Below are positions 33,101 to 50,400 of a stretch of DNA of 64,000 bases, one piece after another; within the stretch, counting starts at the first letter, position 1; each line of letters opens with the position of its first letter. Position numbers and translations under genes: made by a program. A model generated the notes under the pieces. It did no database searches. It was given only the letters and a program-made list of their open reading frames with translations, and was not told the DNA's origin. The DNA is from Eledone cirrhosa (lineage: Eukaryota): assembly GCA_964016885.1 (NCBI GenBank), contig OZ024742.1:13516001-13580000 (forward strand), given 5' to 3'.

Positions 33101-34074
33101 TATAGTGATATATAGATACACTGATGTACTATAGTGTATAGTGATATATAGATATACTGATGTACTATAGTGTATAGTGATATAAAGATACACTGATGTA
33201 CTATATTGTATAGTGATATATAGATACACTGATGTACTATAGTGGATAGTGATATATAGATATACTGATGTACTATAGTGTATAGTGATATTTAGATATA
33301 CTGATGTACTATAGTGTATAGTGATATATAGATACACTGATGTATTATAGTGTACAGTGATATATAGATACACTGATGTACTATAGTATACAGTGATATA
33401 TAGATATACTGATGTACTATAGTGTATAGTGATATATAGATACTCTGATGTACTATAGTATACAGTGATATTGACATATACTGATCTACTATAGTGTACA
33501 GTGATATACAGATATACTGATGTACTATAGTATATAGTGATATATAGATATACTGATGTACTATAGTATATAGTGATATATAGATACACTGATGTACTAT
33601 AGTGTATAGTGATATATAGATATACTGATGTACTATAGTATATAGTGATACATAGATACAGTGATGTACTATAGCGTACAGTGATATATAGATATACTGA
33701 TGTACAATAGTATATAGTGATATACAGATACACTGATGTACTATAGTGTATAATGATATATAGATATACTGATGTACTATAGTGTATAGTGATATATAGA
33801 TATACTGATATACTATAGAGTACAGAAATATATAGATATTCTGATATACTATAGTGTATAGTGATATATAGATACACTGATGTACTATAGTGTATAGTGA
33901 TATATAGATACACTGATGTACTATAGTGTATAGTGATATATAGATATACTGATGTACTATAGTGTATAGTGATATATAGATATACTGATGTACTATAGTG
34001 TATAGTGATATATAGATATACTGATGTACTATAGTATATAGTGATATATAGATATACTGATGTACTATAGTGTA
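30145..34074 (+). repeat. 1946-bp (54 units + 2 bp) near-identical tandem duplication
   Basis: ORFs 30245..30991 and 32191..32937 have identical translations; 30825/32771 and 31346/33292 are also offset by 1946. Private markers gtgaaataaaga, taccctag, agtggatag and attgacatatactgatc appear in both copies. Confidence 0.95.
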
Positions 34075-35379
34075 TAGTTATATATAGATACACTGATGTA
34101 GTATAGTGTACAGTGATATATAGATACACTGATGTATTATAGTATATAGTGATATATAGATATACTGATGTACTATAGTATATAGTGATATATAGATACA
34201 GTGATGTACTATAGCGTGCAATGATATATAGATATACTGATGTACTATAGTATATAGTGATATACAGATACACTGATGTACTATAGTGTATAATGATATA
34301 TAGATATACTGATGTACTATAGTGTATAGTGATATATAGATATACTGATATACTATAGAGTACAGAAATATATAGATATTCTGATATACTATAGTGTATA
34401 GTGATATATAGATACACTGATGTACTATAGTGTATAGTGATATATAGATACACTGATGTACTATAGTGTATAGTGATATATAGATATACTGATGTACTAT
34501 AGTGTATAGTGATATATAGATATACTGATGTACTATAGTATATAGTGATATATAGATATACTGTTGTACTATAGTGTACAGTGATATATAGATACACTGA
34601 TGTACTATAGTATATAGTGATATATAGATACACTGATGTACTATAGTATACAGTGATATATAGATATACTGATGTATTATAGTATATAGTGATATTTAGA
34701 TATACTGATGTACTATATTGTATAGTGATATATAGATACACTGATGTACTATAGTGTACAGTGATATATAGATACACTGATGTACTATAGTATACAGTGA
34801 TATATAGATATACTGATGTATTATAGTATATAGTGATATATAGATACACTGATGTACTATAGTATATAGTGATATATAGATACACTGATGTACTATAGTA
34901 TATAGTGATATATAGATACACTGATGTACTATAGTATATAGTGATATATAGATACACCGATGTACTATAGTATATAGTGATATATAGATACACTGATGTA
35001 CTATAGTATATAGTGATATATAGATATACTGATGTACTATAGTGTATAGTGATATATAGATATACTGATGTACTATAGTGTATAGTGATATATAGATATA
35101 CTGATGTACTATAGTATATAGTGATATATAGATATACTGATGTACTATAGTGTACAGTGATATATAGATACACTGATGTACTATAGTGTATAGTGATATA
35201 TAGATACACTGATGTACTATAGTATACAGTGATATATAGATATACTGATGTATTATAGTATATAGTGATATTTAGATATACTGATGTACTATATTGTATA
35301 GTGATATATAGATACACTGATGTACTATAGTCTACAGTGATATATAGATACACTGATGTACTATAGTATATAGTGATAT

Positions 35380-38300
35380 ATAGATATACTGATGTACTAT
35401 AGTGTATAGTGATATATAGGTATACTGATGTACTATAGTATATAGTGATATATAGATACACCGATGTACTATAGTATATAGTGATATATAGATACACTGA
35501 TGTACTATAGAATATAGTGATATATAGATATACTGATGTACTATAGTGTATAGTGATATATAGATATACTGATGTACTATAGTGTATAGTGATATATAGA
35601 TACACTGATGTACTATAGTATATAGTGATATATAGATACACTGATGTACTATAGTATACAGTGATATATAGATATACTGAAGTACTATAGTATATAGTGA
35701 TATATAGATATACTGATGTACTACAGTGTATAGTGATATATAGATACACTGATGTACTATAGTGTACAGTGATATATAGATACACTGATATATTATAGTA
35801 TATAGTGATATATAGATACACTGATGTATTATAGTATATAGTGATATATAGATATACTGATGTACTATAGTGTATAGTGATATATAGATATACTGATGTA
35901 CTATAGTATATATTGATATATAGATACACCGATGTACTATAGTATTTAGTGATATATAGATACACTGATGTACTGTAGTGTATAGTGATATATAGATACA
36001 CTGATGTACTATAGTATATAGTGATATATAGATACACTGATGTACTATAGTATACAGTGATATATAGACATGCTGATGTACTATAGTATATAGTGGTATA
36101 TAGATATACTGATGCACTATAGTGTATAGCGATATATAGATATACTGATGTACTATAGTGTATAGTGATATATAGATATACTGATGTACTATAGTGTATA
36201 GTGATATATAGATATACTGATGTACACTAGTGTATAGTGATATATAGATATACCGATGTACTATAGTATATAGTGATATATATATATACTAATGTACTAT
36301 AGTGTACAGTGATATATAGATACACTGATGTACTATAGTGTATAGTGATATAGAGATACACTGATGTACTATAGTATACAGTGATATATAGATATACTGA
36401 TGTACTATAGTGTATAGTTATATATAGATACACTGATGTAGTATAGTGTACAGTGATATATAGATACACTGATGTATTATAGTATATAGTGATATATAGA
36501 TATACTGATGTACTATAGTATATAGTGATATATAGATACAGTGATGTACTATAGCGTGCAGTGATATATAGATATACTGATGTACTATAGTATATAGTGA
36601 TATATAGATATACTGTTGTACTATAGTGTACAGTGATATATAGATACACTGATGTACTATAGTGTATAGTGATATATAGATATACTGATGTACTATAGGG
36701 TATAGTGATATATAGATATACTGATGTACTATAGTGTATAGTGATATATAGATACACTGATGTACTATAGTATATAGTGATATATAGACACACTGATGTA
36801 CTATAGCATACAGTGATATATAGATATACTGATGTACTATAGTATATAGTGATATATAGATATACTGATGTACTATAGTGTATAGTGATATATAGATATA
36901 CTGATGTACTATAGTTTATAGTGATATATAGATATACTGATGTACTATAGTGTACAGTGATATATAGATACACTGATGTACTATAGTGTATAGTGATATA
37001 TAGATACACTGATGTACTATAGTGTATAGTGATATATAGATATACTGATGTACTATAATATATAGTGATATATAGATATACTGATGTACTATAGTGTATA
37101 GTGATATATAGATATACTGATGTACTATAGTATATAGTGATATATAGATATACTGATGTACTATAGTGTACAGTGATATATAGATACACTGATGTACTAT
37201 AGTGTATAGTGATATATAGATACACTGATGTACTATAGTATATAGTGATATATAGATATACTGATGTACTATAGTGTATAGTGATATATAGGTATACTGA
37301 TGTACTATAGTATATAGTGATATATAGATACACCGATGTACTATAGTATATAGTGATATATAGATACACTGATGTACTATAGTATATAGTGATATATAGA
37401 TATACTGATGTACTATAGTGTATAGTGATATATAGATATACTGATGTACTATAGTGTATAGTGATATATAGATACACTGATGTACTATAGTATACAGTGA
37501 TATATAGATATACTGAAGTACTATAGTATATAGTGATATATAGATATACTGATGTACTATAGTGTATAGTGATATATAGATACACTGATATACTATAGTG
37601 TACAGTGATATATAGATACACTGATATATTATAGTATATAGTGATATATAGATACACTGATGTATTATAGTATATAGTGATATATAGATATACTGATGTA
37701 CTATAGTGTATAGTGATATATAGATATACTGATGTACTATAGTACATATTGATATATAGATACACCGATGTACTATAGTATTTAGTGATATATAGATACA
37801 CTGATGTACTGTAGTGTATAGTGATATATAGATACACTGATGTACTATAGTATATAGTGATATATAGATACACTGATGTACTATAGTATACAGTGATATA
37901 TAGACATGCTGATGTACTATAGTATATAGTGGTATATAGATATACTGATGCACTATAGTGTATAGCGATATATAGATATACTGATGTACTATAGTGTATA
38001 GTGATATATAGATATACTGATGTACTATAGTGTATAGTGATATATAGATATACTGATGTACTCTAGTGTATAGTGATATATAGATACACTGATGTACTAT
38101 AGTGTACAGTGATATATAGGTATACTGATGTACTATAGTGTATAGTGATATATAGATATACTAATGTACTATAGTGTACAGTGATATATAGATACACTGA
38201 TGTACTATAGTGTATAGTGATATAGAGATACACTGATGTACTATAGTATACAGTGATATATAGATATACTGATGTACTATAGTGTATAGTTATATATAGA
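35380..38300 (+). repeat. ~1836-bp (51-unit) block duplication, partly diverged
   Basis: ORF coordinates 36037/37873, 36117/37953 and 36227/38063 differ by 1836. The marker cluster agacatgctg...gtggtata...gatgcact...tagcgata occurs near 36066-36135 and 37902-37970. Confidence 0.8.
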
Positions 38301-38490
38301 TACCCTGATGTACTATAGTATATAGTGATATATAGATATACTGATGTACTATAGTATATAGTGATATACAGATACACTGATGTACTATAGTGTATAATGA
38401 TATATAGATATACTGATGTACTATAGTGTATAGTGATATATAGATATACTGATATACTATAGAGTAGAGAAATATATAGATATTCTGATA

Positions 38491-41400
38491 TACTATAGTG
38501 TATAGTGATATATAGATACACTGATGTACTATAGTGTATAGTGATATATAGATACACTGATGTACTATAGTGTATAGTGATATATAGATATACTGATGTA
38601 CTACAGTGTATAGTGATATATAGATATACTGATGTACTATAGTGTATAGTGATATATAGATATACTGATGTATTATAGTATATAGTGATATATAGATATA
38701 CTGATGTACTATAGTATATAGTGATATATAGATATACTGATGTACTATAGTATATAGTGATATATAGATACAGTGATGTACTATAGCGTACAGTGATATA
38801 TAGATATACTGATGTACTATAGTATATAGTGATATACAGATACACTGATGTACTATAGTGTATAATGATATATAGATATACTGATGTACTATAGTGTATA
38901 GTGATATATAGATATACTGATATACTATAGAGTACAGAAATATATAGATATTCTGATATACTATAGTGTATAGTGATATATAGATACACTGATGTACTAT
39001 AGTGTATAGTGATATATAGATACACTGATGTACTATAGTGTATAGTGATATATAGATATACTGATGTACTACAGTGTATAGTGATATATAGATATACTGA
39101 TGTACTATAGTGTATAGTGATATATAGATATACTGATGTACTATAGTATATAGTGATATATAGATATACTGATGTACTATAGTGTACAGTGATATATAGA
39201 TACACTGATGTACTATAGTATACAGTGATATATAGATATACTGATGTATTATAGTATATAGTGATATTTAGATATACTGATGTACTATATTGTATAGTGA
39301 TATATAGATACACTGATGTACTATAGTGTACAGTGATATATAGATACACTGATGTACTATAGTATACAGTGATATATAGATATACTGATGTATTATAGTA
39401 TATAGTGATATATAGATACACTGATGTACTATAGTATATAGTTATATATAGATATACTGATGTACTATAGTGTATAGTGATATATAGGTATACTGATGTA
39501 CTATAGTATATAGTGATATATAGATACACCGATGTACTATAGTATATAGTGATATATAGATACACTGATGTACTATAGTATATAGTGATATATAGATATA
39601 CTGATGTACTATAGTGTATAGTGATATATAGATATACTGATGTACTATAGTGTATAGTGATATATAAATACACTGATGTACTATAGTGTACAGTGATATA
39701 TAGATACACTGATATATTATAGTACATATTGATATATAGATACACCGATGTACTATAGTATTTAGTGATATATAGATACAATGATGTACTGTAGTGTATA
39801 GTGATATATAGATACACTGATGTACTATAGTATATAGTGATATATAGATAAACTGATGTACTATAGTATACAGTGATATATAGACATACTGATGTACTAT
39901 AGTATATAGTGGTATATAGATATACTGATGCACTATAGTGTATATCGATATATAGATATACTGATGTACTATAGTGTATAGTGATATATAGATATACTGA
40001 TGTACTATAGTGTATAGTGATATATAGATATACTGATGTACTATAGTGTATAGTGATATATAGATATACTGATGTACTATAGTATATAGTGATATATAGA
40101 TATACTAATGTACTATAGTGTACAGTGATATATAGATACACTGATGTACTATAGTGTATAGTGATATAGAGATACACTGATGTACTATAGTATACAGTGA
40201 TATATAGATATACTGATGTACTATAGTGTATAGTTATATATAGATACACTGATGTACTATAGTGTACAATGATATATAGATACACTGATGTATTATAGTA
40301 TATAGTGATATATAGATACACTGATGTACTATAGTATATAGTGATATATAGATATACTGATGTACTATAGGGTATAGTGATATATAGATATACTGATGTA
40401 CTATAGTGTATAGTGATATATAGATATACTGATGTACTATAGTGTATAGTGATATATAGATATACTGATGTACTATAGTGTATAGTGATATATAGATATA
40501 CTGATGTACTATAGTATATAGTGATATATAGATATACTGATGTACTATAGTGTATAGTGATATATAGATACACTGATGTACTATAGTGTATAGTGATATA
40601 TAGGTATACTGATGTACTATAGTATATAGTGATATACAGATACACCGATGTACTATAGTATATAGTGATATATAGATACACTGATGTACTATAGTGTATA
40701 GTGATATATAGATATACTGATGTACTATAGTGTATAGTGATATATAGATACACTGATGTACTATAGTGTACAGTGATATATAGATAAACTGATGTACTAT
40801 AGTATACAGTGATATATAGATATACTGATGTACTATAGTGTATAGTGATATATAGATACACTGATGTACTATAGTGTACAGTGATACATAGATACACTGA
40901 TGTACTATAGAATATAGTGATATATAGATACACTGATGTACTATAGTATATAGTGATATATATATATATATACTGATGTACTATAGCGTATAGTGATATA
41001 TAGATATACTGATGTACTATAGTGTATAGTGATATATAGATATACTGATCTACTATAGTATATAGTGATATATAGATACACTGATGTACTATAGTATACA
41101 GTGATATATAGATATACTGATGTACTATAGTGTATAGTGATATATAGTTATACTGATGTACTATAGTGTATAGTGATATATAGATATACTGATGTACTAT
41201 AGTATATAGTGATATATAGATATGCTGGTGTACTATAGTGTACAGTGATATATAGATATACTGATGTACTATAGTGTATAGTGATATATATATACACTGA
41301 TGTACTATAGTGTATAGTGATATATAGATATACTGATGTACTATAGTATACAGTGATATATAGATACACTGATGTACTATAGTGTACAGTGATATATAGA

Positions 41401-44400
41401 TATACTGATGTACTATAGTGTATAGTGATATATAGATACACTGATGTATTGTAGTGTACAGTGATATATAGATACACTGATGTACTATAGTGTACAGTGA
41501 TATATAGATATACTGATGTACTATAGTGTATAGTGGTATATTGATATACTGATGTACTATAGTGTATAGTGATATATAGATACACTGATGTACTATAGTA
41601 TATAGTGATATATAGATACATTGATGTACTATAGTATATAGTGATATATAGATACACTGATGTACTATAGTGTACAGTCATATATAGATATACTGATATA
41701 CTATAGTGTATAGTGATATATAGATACACTGATGTACTATAGTGTATAGTGATATATAGATACACTGATGTACTATAGTGTATAGTGATATATAGATATA
41801 CTGATGTACTATAGTATATAGTGATATATAGATATACTGATGTACTATAGTGTACAGTGATATATAGATACACTGATGTACTATAGTGTATAGTGATATA
41901 TAGATACACTGATGTACTATAGTGTATAGTGATATATAGATATACTGATGTACTATAGTGTATAGTGATATATAGATATACTGATGTACTATAGTGTATA
42001 GTGATATTTAGATATACTGATGTACCATAGTGTATAGTGATATATAGATACACTGATGTACTATAGTGTATAGTGATATATAGATATACTGATGTACTAT
42101 AGTGTATAGTGATATATAGATACACTGATGTACTATAGTGTACAGTGATATATAGATACACTGATGTACTATAGTATATAGTGATATATAGATACATTGA
42201 TGTACTATAGTATATAGTGATATATAGATACACTGATGTACTATAGTGTACAGTCATATATAGATATACTGATGTACTATAGTGTATAGTGATATATAGA
42301 TACACTGATGTACTATAGTGTATAGTGATATATAGATATACTGATGTACTATAGTGTATAGTGATATATAGATATACTGATGTACTATAGTGTATAGTGA
42401 TATATAGACATACTGATGTACTATAGTATATAGTGATATATAAGTATAATGATCTACTATAGTGTACAGTGATATATAGATACACTGATGTACTATAGTG
42501 TTTAGTGATATATAGATATACTGATGTACTATAGTGTATAGTGATATATAGATACACCGATGTACTATAGTATATAGTGATATATAGATACACTGATGTA
42601 CTATAGTATATAGTGATATATAGATATACTGATGTACTATAGTGTATAGTGATATATAGATACACTGATGTACTATAGTATACAGTGATATATAGATATA
42701 CTGATGTATTATAGTATATAGTGATATTTAGATATACTGATGTACTATATTGTATAGTGATATATAGATACACTGATGTACTATAGTGTACAGTGATATA
42801 TAGATACACTGATGTACTATAGTATACAGTGATATATAGATATACTGATGTATTATAGTATATAGTGATATATAGATACATTGATGTACTATAGTATATA
42901 GTTATATATAGATATACTGATGTACTATAGTGTATAGTGATATATAGGTATACTGATGTACTATAGTATATAGTGATATATAGATACACCGATGTACTAT
43001 AGTATATAGTGATATATAGATACACTGATGTACTATAGTATATAGTGATATATAGATATACTGATGTACTATAGTGTATAGTGATATATAGATATACTGA
43101 TGTACTATAGTGTATAGTGATATATAAATACACTGATGTACTATAGTGTACAGTGATATATAGATACACTGATATATTATAGTACATATTGATATATAGA
43201 TACACCGATGTACTATAGTATTTAGTGATATATAGATACAATGATGTACTGTAGTGTATAGTGATATATAGATACACTGATGTACTATAGTATATAGTGA
43301 TATATAGATAAACTGATGTACTATAGTATACAGTGATATATAGACATACTGATGTACTATAGTATATAGTGGTATATAGATATACTGATGCACTATAGTG
43401 TATATCGATATATAGATATACTGATGTACTATAGTGTATAGTGATATATAGATATACTGATGTACTATAGTGTATAGTGATATATAGATATACTGATGTA
43501 CTATAGTGTATAGTGATATATAGATATACTGATGTACTATAGTATATAGTGATATATAGATATACTAATGTACTATAGTGTACAGTGATATATAGATACA
43601 CTGATGTACTATAGTGTATAGTGATATAGAGATACACTGATGTACTATAGTATACAGTGATATATAGATATACTGATGTACTATAGTGTATAGTTATATA
43701 TAGATACACTGATGTACTATAGTGTACAATGATATATAGATACACTGATGTATTATAGTATATAGTGATATATAGATACACTGATGTACTATAGTATATA
43801 GTGATATATAGATATACTGATGTACTATAGGGTATAGTGATATATAGATATACTGATGTACTATAGTGTATAGTGATATATAGATATACTGATGTACTAT
43901 AGTGTATAGTGATATATAGATATACTGATGTACTATAGTGTATAGTGATATATAGATATACTGATGTACTATAGTATATAGTGATATATAGATATACTGA
44001 TGTACTATAGTGTATAGTGATATATAGATACACTGATGTACTATAGTGTATAGTGATATATAGGTATACTGATGTACTATAGTATATAGTGATATACAGA
44101 TACACCGATGTACTATAGTATATAGTGATATATAGATACACTGATGTACTATAGTGTATAGTGATATATAGATATACTGATGTACTATACTGTATAGTGA
44201 TATATAGATACACTGATGTACTATAGTGTACAGTGATATATAGATAAACTGATGTACTATAGTATACAGTGATATATAGATATACTGATGTACTATAGTG
44301 TATAGTGATATATAGATACACTGATGTACTATAGTATATAGTGATATATATATATATACTGATGTACTATAGCGTATAGTGATATATAGATATACTGATG

Positions 44401-47400
44401 TACTATAGTGTATAGTGATATATAGATATACTGATCTACTATAGTATATAGTGATATATAGATACACTGATGTACTATAGTATACAGTGATATATAGATA
44501 TACTGATGTACTATAGTGTATAGTGATATATAGTTATACTGATGTACTATAGTGTATAGTGATATATAGATATACTGATGTACTATAGTATATAGTGATA
44601 TATAGATACGCTGGTGTACTATAGTATATAGTGATATATAGATATTCTGATGTACTATAGTGTATAGTGATATATAGATATACTGATGTACTATAGTGTA
44701 CAGTGATATATAGATATACTGATGTACTATAGTGTATAGTGATATATATATACACTGATGTACTATAGTGTATAGTGATATATAGATATACTGATGTACT
44801 ATAGTATACAGTGATATATAGATACACTGATGTACTATAGTGTACAGTGATATATAGATTTACTGATGTACTCTAGTGTACAGTGATATATAGATACACT
44901 GATGTACTATAGTGTACAGTGATATATATATATACTGATGTACTATAGTGTATAGTGGTATATTGATATACTGATGTACTATAGTGTATAGTGATATATA
45001 GATACACTGATGTATTGTAGTGTACAGTGATATATAGATACACTGATGTACTATAGTGTATAGTGATATATAGATATACTGATGTACTATAGTGTATAGT
45101 GGTATATTGATATACTGATGTACTATAGTGTATAGTGATATATAGATACACTGATGTACTATAGTATATAGTGATATATAGATACATTGATGTACTATAG
45201 TATATAGTGATATATAGATACACTGATGTACTATAGTGTACAGTCATATATAGATATACTGATATACTATAGTGTATAGTGATATATAGATACACTGATG
45301 TACTATAGTATATAGTGATATATAGATACACTGATGTACTATAGCATACAGTGATATATAGATATACTGATGTACTATAGTATATAGTGATATATAGATA
45401 TACTGATGTACTATAGTGTATAGTGATATATAGATATACTGATGTACTATAGTTTATAGTGATATATAGATATACTGATGTACTATAGTGTATAGTGATA
45501 TATAGATATACTGATGTACTATAGTGTATAGTGATATATAGATATACTGATGTACTATAGTATATAGTGATATATAGATATACTGATGTACTATAGTGTA
45601 TAGTGATATACAGATACACTGATGTACTATAGTGTATAGTGATATATAGGTATACTGATGTACTATAGTATATAGTGATATACAGATACACCGATGTACT
45701 ATAGTATATAGTGATATATAGATACACTGATGTACTATAGTGTATAGTGATATATAGATATACTGATGTACTATACTGTATAGTGATATATAGATACACT
45801 GATGTACTATAGTGTACAGTGATATATAGATAAACTGATGTACTATAGTGTATAGTGATATATAGTTATACTGATGTACTATAGTGTATAGTGATATATA
45901 GATATACTGATGTACTATAGTATATAGTGATATATAGATACGCTGGTGTACTATAGTATATAGTGATATATAGATATTCTGATGTACTATAGTGTATAGT
46001 GATATATAGATATACTGATGTACTATAGTGTACAGTGATATATAGATATACTGATGTACTATAGTGTATAGTGATATATATATACACTGATGTACTATAG
46101 TGTATAGTGATATATAGATATACTGATGTACTATAGTGTACAGTGATATATAGATACACTGATGTACTATAGTGTATAGTGATATATAGATATACTGATG
46201 TACTATAGTGTATAGTGATATATAGATACATTGATGTACTATAGTATATAGTGATATATAGATACACTGATGTACTATAGTGTATAGTGGTATATTGATA
46301 TACTGATGTACTATAGTGTATAGTGATATATAGATATACTGATGTACTATAGTGTATAGTGGTATATTGATATACTGATGTACTATAGTGTATAGTGATA
46401 TATAGATACACTGATGTACTATAGTATATAGTGATATATAGATACATTGATGTACTATAGTATATAGTGATATATAGATACACTGATGTACTATAGTGTA
46501 CAGTCATATATAGATATACTGATATACTATAGTGTATAGTGATATATAGATACACTGATGTACTATAGTATATAGTGATATATAGATACACTGATGTACT
46601 ATAGCATACAGTGATATATAGATATACTGATGTACTATAGTATATAGTGATATATAGATATACTGATGTACTATAGTGTATAGTGATATATAGATATACT
46701 GATGTACTATAGTTTATAGTGATATATAGATATACTGATGTACTATAGTGTATAGTGATATATAGATATACTGATGTACTATAGTGTATAGTGATATATA
46801 GATATACTGATGTACTATAGTATATAGTGATATATAGATATACTGATGTACTATAGTGTATAGTGATATACAGATACACTGATGTACTATAGTGTATAGT
46901 GATATATAGGTATACTGATGTACTATAGTATATAGTGATATACAGATACACCGATGTACTATAGTATATAGTGATATATAGATACACTGATGTACTATAG
47001 TGTATAGTGATATATAGATATACTGATGTACTATACTGTATAGTGATATATAGATACACTGATGTACTATAGTGTACAGTGATATATAGATAAACTGATG
47101 TACTATAGTATACAGTGATATATAGATATACTGATGTACTATAGTGTATAGTGATATATAGATACACTGATGTACTATAGTATATAGTGATATATATATA
47201 TATACTGATGTACTATAGCGTATAGTGATATATAGATATACTGATGTACTATAGTGTATAGTGATATATAGATATACTGATCTACTATAGTATTTAGTGA
47301 TATATAGATACACTGATGTACTATAGTATACAGTGATATATAGATATACTGATGTACTATAGTGTATAGTGATATATAGTTATACTGATGTACTATAGTG

Positions 47401-50400
47401 TATAGTGATATATAGATATACTGATGTACTATAGTATATAGTGATATATAGATACGCTGGTGTACTATAGTATATAGTGATATATAGATATTCTGATGTA
47501 CTATAGTGTATAGTGATATATAGATATACTGATGTACTATAGTGTACAGTGATATATAGATATACTGATGTACTATAGTGTATAGTGATATATATATACA
47601 CTGATGTACTATAGTGTATAGTGATATATAGATATACTGATGTACTATAGTATACAGTGATATATAGATACACTGATGTACTATAGTGTACAGTGATATA
47701 TAGATATACTGATGTACTCTAGTGTACAGTGATATATAGATACACTGATGTACTATAGTGTATAGTGATATATAGATATACTGATGTACTATAGTGTATA
47801 GTGGTATATTGATATACTGATGTACTATAGTGTATAGTGATATATAGATACACTGATGTACTATAGTATATAGTGATATATAGATACATTGATGTACTAT
47901 AGTATATAGTGATATATAGATACACTGATGTACTATAGTGTACAGTCATATATAGATATACTGATATACTATAGTGTATAGTGATATATAGATACACTGA
48001 TGTACTATAGTGTATAGTGATATATAGATACACTGATGTACTATAGTGTATAGTGATATATAGATATACTGATGTACTATAGTGTATAGTGATATATAGA
48101 TATACTGATGTACTATAGTGTATAGTGATATATAGATATACTGATGTACTATAGTGTATAGTGATATATAGATATACTGATGTACTATAGTATATAGTGA
48201 TATATAGATATACTGATGTACTATAGTGTACAGTGATATATAGATACACTGATGTACTATAGTGTATAGTGATATATAGATACACTGATGTACTATAGTG
48301 TATAGCGATATATAGATATACTGATGTACTATAGTGTATAGTGATATATAGATATACTGATGTACTATAGTGTATAGTGATATATAGATACACTGATGTA
48401 CTATAGTGTATAGTGATATATAGATACACTGATGTACTATAGTGTATAGTGATATATAGATATACTGATGTACTACAGTGTATAGTGATATATAGATATA
48501 CTGATGTACTATAGTGTATAGTGATATATAGATATACTGATGTATTATAGTATATAGTGATATATAGATATACTGATGTACTATAGTATATAGTGATATA
48601 TAGATATACTGATGTACTATAGTATATAGTGATATATAGATACAGTGATGTACTATAGCGTACAGTGATATATAGATATACTGATGTACTATAGTATATA
48701 GTGATATACAGATACACTGATGTACTATAGTGTATAATGATATATAGATATACTGATGTACTATAGTGTATAGTGATATATAGATATACTGATATACTAT
48801 AGAGTACAGAAATATATAGATATTCTGATATACTATAGTGTATAGTGATATATAGATACACTGATGTACTATAGTGTATAGTGATATATAGATACACTGA
48901 TGTACTATAGTGTATAGTGATATATAGATATACTGATGTACTACAGTGTATAGTGATATATAGATATACTGATGTACTATAGTGTATAGTGATATATAGA
49001 TATACTGATGTACTATAGTATATAGTGATATATAGATATACTGATGTACTATAGTGTACAGTGATATATAGATACACTGATGTACTATAGTATACAGTGA
49101 TATATAGATATACTGATGTATTATAGTATATAGTGATATTTAGATATACTGATGTACTATATTGTATAGTGATATATAGATACACTGATGTACTATAGTG
49201 TACAGTGATATATAGATACACTGATGTACTATAGTATACAGTGATATATAGATATACTGATGTATTATAGTATATAGTGATATATAGATACACTGATGTA
49301 CTATAGTATATAGTTATATATAGATATACTGATGTACTATAGTGTATAGTGATATATAGGTATACTGATGTACTATAGTATATAGTGATATATAGATACA
49401 CCGATGTACTATAGTATATAGTGATATATAGATACACTGATGTACTATAGTATATAGTGATATATAGATATACTGATGTACTATAGTGTATAGTGATATA
49501 TAGATATACTGATGTACTATAGTGTATAGTGATATATAAATACACTGATGTACTATAGTGTACAGTGATATATAGATACACTGATATATTATAGTACATA
49601 TTGATATATAGATACACCGATGTACTATAGTATTTAGTGATATATAGATACAATGATGTACTGTAGTGTATAGTGATATATAGATACACTGATGTACTAT
49701 AGTATATAGTGATATATAGATAAACTGATGTACTATAGTATACAGTGATATATAGACATACTGATGTACTATAGTATATAGTGGTATATAGATATACTGA
49801 TGCACTATAGTGTATATCGATATATAGATATACTGATGTACTATAGTGTATAGTGATATATAGATATACTGATGTACTATAGTGTATAGTGATATATAGA
49901 TATACTGATGTACTATAGTGTATAGTGATATATAGATATACTGATGTACTATAGTATATAGTGATATATAGATATACTAATGTACTATAGTGTACAGTGA
50001 TATATAGATACACTGATGTACTATAGTGTATAGTGATATAGAGATACACTGATGTACTATAGTATACAGTGATATATAGATATACTGATGTACTATAGTG
50101 TATAGTTATATATAGATACACTGATGTACTATAGTGTACAATGATATATAGATACACTGATGTATTATAGTATATAGTGATATATAGATACACTGATGTA
50201 CTATAGTATATAGTGATATATAGATATACTGATGTACTATAGGGTATAGTGATATATAGATATACTGATGTACTATAGTGTATAGTGATATATAGATATA
50301 CTGATGTACTATAGTGTATAGTGATATATAGATATACTGATGTACTATAGTGTATAGTGATATATAGATATACTGATGTACTATAGTATATAGTGATATA

